From positions 56,293 to 120,292 of the forward strand of contig WOVA01000006.1 of the NCBI GenBank assembly GCA_009773155.1: a DNA stretch of 64,000 nucleotides, in the 5' to 3' direction. The DNA is from Elusimicrobiota bacterium. GTDB taxonomy: Bacteria > Elusimicrobiota > Elusimicrobia > Elusimicrobiales > UBA9959. The notes below the pieces were generated by a model, which was given only the letters and a program-made list of their open reading frames with translations, searched no databases and had not been told where the DNA came from. The position numbers and the translations under genes were made by a program. Of this stretch, positions 55,409 to 64,000 are shown in pieces (position 1 is the stretch's first letter; the number at the start of each line of letters is the position of its first letter).

Positions 55409-55774
55409 TCAGGCGGCCGCCGGGGTCAGGGCTTTTTTGGCCAGTTCCGCGATCTGCTTGAAGGACGCCGGGTCCTTGAGCGCGATCTCGGAAAGCATCT
55501 TGCGGTTGATGTCGATATTGGCCTTCTTGAGGCCGTTCATGAATTTGCTGTAGGACAGTCCCTCTTCGCGGGCGGCCGCGTTCAGGCGCATGATCCAGAG
55601 CTGGCGCATGTCGCCCTTGCGGTCCTTGCGGTGCTCGTAGGCGACGGCAAGGGACTTCTTGACCTGCTGGGTCGCCATCCTGAGGCGGTTCTTCTTGTTG
55701 GCGTAATAGCCCTTGGCGAGCTTGAAGATCTTCTTCTTGCGCTTGTTCCTTGCGACGCTGTATTTTATCCTCAT
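55409..55774 (-). CDS. rplT: 50S ribosomal protein L20
   Basis: AKGY, YEHRKDRKGDMRQLWIMRLNAA, YSKFMNGLKKANI.INRKMLSE. Confidence 0.96.
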   Translation of the reverse strand: MRIKYSVARNKRKKKIFKLAKGYYANKKNRLRMATQQVKKSLAVAYEHRKDRKGDMRQLWIMRLNAAAREEGLSYSKFMNGLKKANIDINRKMLSEIALKDPASFKQIAELAKKALTPAAA

Positions 55775-55858
55775 ATTATTTCCTGTTGCCTTCCCGGCGA
55801 CGCCGGGGCCCGGCCGCGCCCGCGCCTTAAGCGCCGGCCGCCGGACAGGCTCTCCTGT

Positions 55859-56062
55859 TTATTTATAGGGCAGATAGGTCCTGAGAACCGCGGCCTCGTG
55901 GCTGTTCTTCTCTTCCACCTTGGCGGTGTGGAGCTGGCGGCCGCGCTTGGCGGACATGCCGGTGAGAAGGTGCCTGAGACCGGCCTTGCGGTGCAGCCAT
56001 TTGCCGCTGGCGGTCTTCTTGAAGCGTTTCTTGGACCCGCTGTGAGTTTTCATTTTGGGCAT
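55859..56062 (-). CDS. rpmI: 50S ribosomal protein L35
   Basis: [21 protein letters not shown]...RHLLT; start re-called to 56062. Confidence 0.95.
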   Translation of the reverse strand: MPKMKTHSGSKKRFKKTASGKWLHRKAGLRHLLTGMSAKRGRQLHTAKVEEKNSHEAAVLRTYLPYK

Positions 56063-56119
56063 AGTTGTCTCTCTGGGTACTATTATATGAATTACGGGGG
56101 AGGCCTGCAAATGGCCGGC

Positions 56120-56746
56120 TCAGGCCGCGGGGGCTCCGGGCGCCTGCGGCGCGGCCGGCGGCTGAGGCTTGTCCCCTCTTTCGGGCTTGGGCGCGGCCTT
56201 GGCGTCGCCCTTGGCGGCGGCGGCCTTGGGAACCGGCTTAGGCGAGAGCATCACGCTCATCCTGTTGCCCGCCAGGGAGAAGCGCCCTTCCTGGTTGCCG
56301 ACCTCGGCCAGCTTGGCCACGACGTCCTGGAGGATCTTCTCGCCCAGGTCGCGGTGCTGGTTCTCGCGGCCCTTGAAGACCACGGTCACGCGAACCTTGT
56401 CCTGATCACGGAGGAATTCGGCGATATGCTTTATCTTGGTGTCCAGGTCGTGCTGGGCGATGCGCGGGTTGAAGCGGATCTCCTTGAGCATGCCCACCTT
56501 CTGCTTCTTGCGGTTCTCCCGGTCCTGCTTGTCCTTCTCGTAAAGGTACTTGGAAAAGTCCATTATCTTGCAGACGGGCGGCACGGCCTGCGGGGAGATC
56601 TCGACGAGGTCGAGGTTCGCGTCGCGGGCCATCTGGCCGGCTTCCTGTATGGATTTCACTCCCAGCATCGTGCCGTTGCTGTCGATAAGCCTGACCTGCG
56701 CCACGTTTATCCACTTGTTTATTCTTATGCGTTTATCGTAGTACAA
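56120..56746 (-). CDS. infC: Translation initiation factor IF-3, probable TTG start
   Basis: RINKWI...VRLID, DLVEISP..PPVCKIMD, KEIRF, KVRVTVVFKGRE; GGAGGA SD precedes TTG at 56746. Confidence 0.92.
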   Translation of the reverse strand: MYYDKRIRINKWINVAQVRLIDSNGTMLGVKSIQEAGQMARDANLDLVEISPQAVPPVCKIMDFSKYLYEKDKQDRENRKKQKVGMLKEIRFNPRIAQHDLDTKIKHIAEFLRDQDKVRVTVVFKGRENQHRDLGEKILQDVVAKLAEVGNQEGRFSLAGNRMSVMLSPKPVPKAAAAKGDAKAAPKPERGDKPQPPAAPQAPGAPAA

Positions 56747-56773
56747 ACTATCCTCCGTAATAAAGGGCTCCCT

Positions 56774-56800
56774 GGGGACACCATGCGGCATGGCGTCCCC
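56774..56800. repeat. Family-2 palindrome upstream of infC
   Basis: ggggacaccatgcggcatggcgtcccc, with the stem extended by gggct/agccc. Confidence 0.85.
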
Positions 56801-56836
56801 CAAGCCCATCTAATTTACAAACTTTCCCAATGACAG

Positions 56837-57598
56837 TCAACTTGCGCGCGGCCCGCAGGCGGCCCGGTACCAGAGCCGGCCCAGGTACTCGTGCAGGGCG
56901 GCTTTCAGGCCGCCGCCGCCCTGGGGCAGCAGCGAGGACCAGCCCCGCCAGCCCGGGGAGGAGAGGTAGCCGCAGGGCACCGGGGTGACGGCCGTAAAGC
57001 CGGCGGACCTGAAGGCCCGTACTGCCCTGGGCAGGTGCCTGGCCGAAGTCACCAGCAGCGGCCGGCGCCATTCCCTGTCGCGGAAGACCTCCGACACGAA
57101 GAAGGCGTTGTCGCAGGTGTCCATGGACTTCCCCTCCTGTACGATCTTGTATTCCGGCACGCCGGCTTCGGCCAAAGCCCTGGCCGCGGCCGGCGCCCAG
57201 CTGCCGCCGCCGAAGAACCCGCCGCCGCTGACCACCACCGGCAGGCCGGTCTGGCGGTAGAGTCGCGCGGCGGCCAGCAGCCTGGCCGAACCATCCCTGT
57301 CCAGCGCGGGGCCGCCGCCCGGATCCGAGGCCCCGGGGATCAGCGCGCCGCCCAGGACCACTATGGCGTCCCCCGAGAGATCTCCCGGCTGCGGGTAGCG
57401 GTATTCGAGCGGGCGCAGGAGCAGGGCGTGGAAAGCCGGCGTCATCAGGACCCATAAAGCGAATCCCGCGCCGGCCCAGATACCGGGCCTGCCGCGGCGC
57501 TTGTAGAGGCACCAGGCGGCCGCGGCGAAGCAGGCCGTGACCAGCAGGCCCGGCGGCAGCAGAAAAGGCGTTATCAGTTTCTTCAGTATGAACATCAT
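56837..57598 (-). CDS. YdcF/ElyC family (DUF218) protein
   Basis: N-terminal TM, DAIVVLGG, VVVSGG, SMDTCDNA, LVTSARHLPRA, LHEYLG. Confidence 0.88.
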   Translation of the reverse strand: MMFILKKLITPFLLPPGLLVTACFAAAAWCLYKRRGRPGIWAGAGFALWVLMTPAFHALLLRPLEYRYPQPGDLSGDAIVVLGGALIPGASDPGGGPALDRDGSARLLAAARLYRQTGLPVVVSGGGFFGGGSWAPAAARALAEAGVPEYKIVQEGKSMDTCDNAFFVSEVFRDREWRRPLLVTSARHLPRAVRAFRSAGFTAVTPVPCGYLSSPGWRGWSSLLPQGGGGLKAALHEYLGRLWYRAACGPRAS

Positions 57599-57600
57599 TC

Positions 57601-57638
57601 AAAAACATGGCCCCGTCCGCCGGGTGGCGGACGGGGCC
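57601..57638 (-). terminator. Intrinsic terminator after hppA
   Basis: 13-bp stem GGCCCCGTCCGCC/GGCGGACGGGGCC followed on the - strand by ATGTTTTT. Confidence 0.7.
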
Positions 57639-57660
57639 GTAGCTTACACCGCGGGTGCGT

Positions 57661-60051
<2,391 letters not shown>

Positions 60052-60075
60052 TAACCCCTCCCTGACGTGTCTATT

Positions 60076-60110
60076 AAAGAAGGCCGCCCGTCTTGCGGAC
60101 GGGCGGCCTT
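60076..60110 (-). terminator. Intrinsic terminator after rplA
   Basis: 13-bp stem AAGGCCGCCCGTC/GACGGGCGGCCTT, cGCAAg loop on the - strand, then TTCTTT. Confidence 0.75.
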
Positions 60111-60119
60111 TCTGGTTTC

Positions 60120-60803
60120 TTAGAGCTTCTGCTCCGCTATGACCGGGACTCCCGGCCCCATGGTGGAAGATACGAACACCGACTGCAGGTACACGCCCTT
60201 GGACGACGAGGGCTTGGACTTGAGAATGGCGTCCAGCACGGTCTGCGCGTTCTCGGCCAGCTTCTCCCCGGGGAACGAGGCTTTGCCGACGGGCACGTGG
60301 ATGAGGCCCTGCGCGTCGTTCTTGAACTCCACGCGGCCGGCCTTGAGTTCCTTCACGGCTTTCTTGACGTCCAGCGTGACGGTCCCGCTCTTGGGGTTGG
60401 GCATCAGGCCGCGCGGGCCCAGCGTCTTGCCCAGCCGGGTGATGTCCTTCATCATATCGGGGGTGACCACCAGCACGTCGAAGTCCATCATGCCCTTGGC
60501 GATCTCCTCGATCAGCTCGGCCGCGCCCACCTTGTCGGCGCCGGCGGCGGTGGCCTCGGCGGCCTTCTCGCCCTTGGCGATGACGGCGATCTTCTTGGAC
60601 TTGCCGCTGCCGTGCGGGAGCGGCACCGTGCCGCGGACCGACTGGTCCGACTGCTTGGGGTCTATGCCCAGGCGGACGTGGACCTCCACGGTCTCGTCGA
60701 ACTTGGCGGTGGCGCTCTTCTTTATTATCCCCATGGCCTCGGCCAGGGTATATTTTTTGGAAAGATCCAGGTCTTTCCTGAGGTCATTGAGTCTTTTTCC
60801 CAT
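60120..60803 (-). CDS. rplA: 50S ribosomal protein L1
   Basis: AKFDETVE, GIDPKQSDQSVRG, LGPRGLMPNPKSGT, SSTMGPG. Confidence 0.97.
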   Translation of the reverse strand: MGKRLNDLRKDLDLSKKYTLAEAMGIIKKSATAKFDETVEVHVRLGIDPKQSDQSVRGTVPLPHGSGKSKKIAVIAKGEKAAEATAAGADKVGAAELIEEIAKGMMDFDVLVVTPDMMKDITRLGKTLGPRGLMPNPKSGTVTLDVKKAVKELKAGRVEFKNDAQGLIHVPVGKASFPGEKLAENAQTVLDAILKSKPSSSKGVYLQSVFVSSTMGPGVPVIAEQKL

Positions 60804-60844
60804 TTTAGTTCTCTCCTTGTTTTTTCCAGGGCCGTAAGGCCCCC

Positions 60845-60876
60845 GAGGTTCATGCGCGGGAAGGTCCCGCTTCCTC
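60845..60876 (-). promoter_or_regulatory. Possible L1-binding autoregulatory hairpin between rplK and rplA
   Basis: The - strand reads GAG GAA GCGGGA cct TCCCGC GCATGAA CCTC: two helices joined by an asymmetric purine-rich loop. Function is inferred from position. Confidence 0.35.
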
Positions 60877-60887
60877 GTAAGAATTTT

Positions 60888-61322
60888 TTATCCCTCGATC
60901 TCGACGCCCATCGAGCGGGCGGTGCCCTTCACCATCTCCATCGCCTGCTTGACGTCCTTGGTGTTGAGGTCCACCAGTTTCTGTCTGGCCACCTCTTCCA
61001 CCTGCTTGAGGTTCATTTTGCCGACCTTGGTCTTGTTCGGCTCGCCGGAACCCTTGGCCAGGCCCGCGGCTTTCTTGATCAGCGCGGCCATCGGCGGCAT
61101 CTTGGTGATGAAAATGAAGCTGCGGTCTTCGAAGACGGTGATGATCACCGGGATCGGCACGCCCTGCTCCAGCTTCCTGGTCTTCTCGTTGAACTGCTTG
61201 CAGAAGTCCATGATATTCACGCCGTGCTGGCCGAGGGCGGGGCCCACGGGCGGGGCGGGATTGGCGGCGCCGGCCGGTATCTGGAGTTTTATAAGGGTCT
61301 TTATCTGTTTGACTTTAGCCAT
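60888..61322 (-). CDS. rplK: 50S ribosomal protein L11
   Basis: [42 protein letters not shown]. Confidence 0.98.
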   Translation of the reverse strand: MAKVKQIKTLIKLQIPAGAANPAPPVGPALGQHGVNIMDFCKQFNEKTRKLEQGVPIPVIITVFEDRSFIFITKMPPMAALIKKAAGLAKGSGEPNKTKVGKMNLKQVEEVARQKLVDLNTKDVKQAMEMVKGTARSMGVEIEG

Positions 61323-61338
61323 AGTAGGTTACCTCTGT

Positions 61339-61869
61339 TTAGACTTTTTCCACCTGCAGGAAATCCAGCTCCACAGGGGTGGGGCGGTCGAACACGGTCA
61401 CGGTCACGCGCAGTTTCGCCTTGGGCTCGTTTACGTCCTCGACGAGGCCCATGAAGTGCTTGAACGGCCCTTCGATGATGCGGACGCTCTCGCCCTTCTC
61501 GAACTGCACGGCCGGCTTGGGCTTGTCCTCGCTGGTCGAGTTGGCCAGCTCCATGATCTGCTGCACCTCCCCCTCGCCCATCGGGACCGGCTTGGGGTCG
61601 CCCAGGAAGCCGGAGACGCCCTGGATAGCGCGGATCACCCAGTAGCTCTCGTTGTCGAGCTCCAGGTCCACCAGCACGTAGCCGGGGAAAAACTTGCGCT
61701 TGCGCAGTTCCTTCTTATTGTGCTTCACGGCCACCACATCCTCGGTCGGGATCAGCACCTGGAAAAGCCTGGTGGAGAGCTCGTTGGAGTCTATCTTGGC
61801 CTGGAGCGCTTTCTCTACGCGCTCCTCGAAACCCGTGCGGGTGTGTATCACGAACCAGCCTCTTGCCAT
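61339..61869 (-). CDS. nusG: Transcription termination/antitermination factor NusG
   Basis: WFVIHT..GFE, FFPGYVLV, KOW motif GESVRIIEGPF, FDRPTPVELDF. Confidence 0.96.
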   Translation of the reverse strand: MARGWFVIHTRTGFEERVEKALQAKIDSNELSTRLFQVLIPTEDVVAVKHNKKELRKRKFFPGYVLVDLELDNESYWVIRAIQGVSGFLGDPKPVPMGEGEVQQIMELANSTSEDKPKPAVQFEKGESVRIIEGPFKHFMGLVEDVNEPKAKLRVTVTVFDRPTPVELDFLQVEKV

Positions 61870-61871
61870 GT

Positions 61872-62060
61872 TCAGCGTCCTCCGAGCATGCCTTTCACGA
61901 ATACGGAAAGGCCCAGGTCTACCAGGCTTATATAGATGGCCACGATCGTCACCACCACGCCGACGGCTATCGTCGACTTTATGACCGCGTCCTTCGGCAG
62001 CCAGGTGACCTTGGTGAGCTCCTGGTAAACTTCCCTTAGAAAACCGGTTACTTTATTCAT
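61872..62060 (-). CDS. secE: Preprotein translocase SecE
   Basis: FLREVYQELTKVTWLP plus one TM helix; canonical position. Confidence 0.9.
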   Translation of the reverse strand: MNKVTGFLREVYQELTKVTWLPKDAVIKSTIAVGVVVTIVAIYISLVDLGLSVFVKGMLGGR

Positions 62061-62118
62061 AGTCGGACTTATCCTCGCCCGGCGGGGGCTTCACCTTTCG
62101 CCCCGTCGGGAACAGATC

Positions 62119-62192
62119 TGGCGGGAGCGGAAGGAATCGAACCTTCAGTCGCGGTTTTGGAGACCGCTGGTTTACCGTTAACCGACGCTCCC
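62119..62192 (-). tRNA. tRNA-Trp(CCA)
   Basis: Acceptor stem GGGAGCG/CGCTCCC, anticodon loop CTCCAAA, GGTTCGATTCC, encoded CCA end. Confidence 0.95.
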
Positions 62193-62199
62193 CCGGAAA

Positions 62200-62355
62200 T
62201 CAGGATTTTACTTCCTTGTGGGTGGTCTGCTTGCCGCAGGCCCGGCAGAACTTCTTGAGCTCCAGTTTGAATTCCTTCTTCTTGCCGCGGGAAAAGTGGT
62301 AATTCTTCCTCTTGCAGGAAGTGCAGCCCAGCGTTATCGTTATCCTGTCAGCCAT
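62200..62355 (-). CDS. rpmG: 50S ribosomal protein L33 (zinc-binding form); missed by the ORF track
   Basis: Hand translation: MADRITITLGCTSCKRKNYHFSRGKKKEFKLELKKFCRACGKQTTHKEVKS. Confidence 0.93.
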   Translation of the reverse strand: MADRITITLGCTSCKRKNYHFSRGKKKEFKLELKKFCRACGKQTTHKEVKS

Positions 62356-62418
62356 CTTAAATCTCCATCCGGGTCCCGGCGGCCGGGGGGCTTCCCCCGG
62401 CCGTCAGGCTCTCCCGTG

Positions 62419-63615
<1,197 letters not shown>

Positions 63616-63679
63616 TTTCTCTTCTCCTTTCAGATATCGCTTTCGCTGCTTTCCCCGCTGAACCGCGGCAGAAATCCAT

Positions 63680-63730
63680 AAGCTGTGGACCGCGAGCGTC
63701 AGCTAACTCCCTTTATCGGGAAGATTCCCA
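63680..63730 (+). repeat. Family-3 51-bp repeat, copy 1 (between tuf and tRNA-Thr)
   Basis: 40/51 identical by hand alignment to 63902-63952. Confidence 0.65.
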
Positions 63731-63801
63731 TCCCCGGCCTTCGAGCTCCTGCGAGAATACGCTTCTCAAAAACCAACGCTCTCCGACCGCGAAAAATCGA
63801 A

Positions 63802-63874
63802 AGCTGGGGATGGGAATTGCACCCACGACCTTTCCCTTACCAAGGGAGTGCTCTACTAGCTGAGCTACCCCAGC
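63802..63874 (-). tRNA. tRNA-Thr(GGT), CCA not encoded
   Basis: Acceptor stem GCTGGGG/CCCCAGC, D arm AGCTCAGCTAGTAGAGC, anticodon loop TTGGTAA; T loop reads TGCAATT. Confidence 0.9.
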
Positions 63875-63901
63875 GACTGCAAAAAACACACAAAGAACCG
63901 A

Positions 63902-63952
63902 AAGCGGGTGACCGTGAGCGTCAGCGAACCTCTTCTATCAGGAACATTCCCA
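63902..63952 (+). repeat. Family-3 51-bp repeat, copy 2
   Basis: aagcgggtgaccgtgagcgtcagcgaacctcttctatcaggaacattccca; a third copy may begin at 63991 (aaactgtgga). Confidence 0.65.
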
Positions 63953-64000
63953 CCGTCCGCATATAAAAAGCATCCGTCAAAACACTTCAAAAACTGTGGA

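Noticed and set aside
62070-62405. GC hairpins flanking tRNA-Trp/rpmG (62077-62110, 62383-62405) as terminators or a new repeat
   Set aside because: There are no U tracts on the transcribed strand and only short similarity between them; probably ordinary processing or stabilising hairpins.

Overview
This is a GC-rich bacterial chromosome segment. The lineage is probably Elusimicrobiota or a relative; that is an inference from protein character and gene order, not from a search. 1-11.8 kb is a surface-glycan tailoring cluster: 4 cobalamin-type radical SAM genes (the first truncated), 2 SAM methyltransferases, 2 ArnT/GT-C-like and 1 GT9 glycosyltransferases, and an FAD oxidoreductase. 11.9-23.3 kb is a minus-strand run: dnaE, response regulator, YjbH-like barrel, pfkA, HAMP protein, TolC, patatin, TPR, dapF, dapA. 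Next come NUDIX, tkt, lptFG, a ~1790-aa SprA-like outer-membrane protein, comF, GH13, a Cache protein, rlmD, a TMTC-like protein, a radical SAM/SPASM-methyltransferase-small protein locus and a PLD. After those lie tlyA, xseBA, rarA, zapA, a serine protease, a low-GC mazEF islet, pheTS, rplT-rpmI-infC, DUF218, hppA, and rplA-rplK-nusG-secE-tRNA-Trp-rpmG-tuf-tRNA-Thr. The most unusual signal is a ~51-54 bp two-hairpin repeat with at least 11 copies. Eight copies sit in frame inside six proteins (DapF, RarA, PheT, PheS x3, a TPR protein, the FAD oxidoreductase), in both orientations and four reading frames. The stems show compensatory base changes, so this looks like a Rickettsia-palindromic-element-like, protein-invading repeat. 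The window also holds a second palindrome family (3 copies), a 96-bp MITE-like element with perfect 29-bp inverted repeats, a 201-nt structured element, and a repeat flanking tRNA-Thr. No transposase or CRISPR array was seen.
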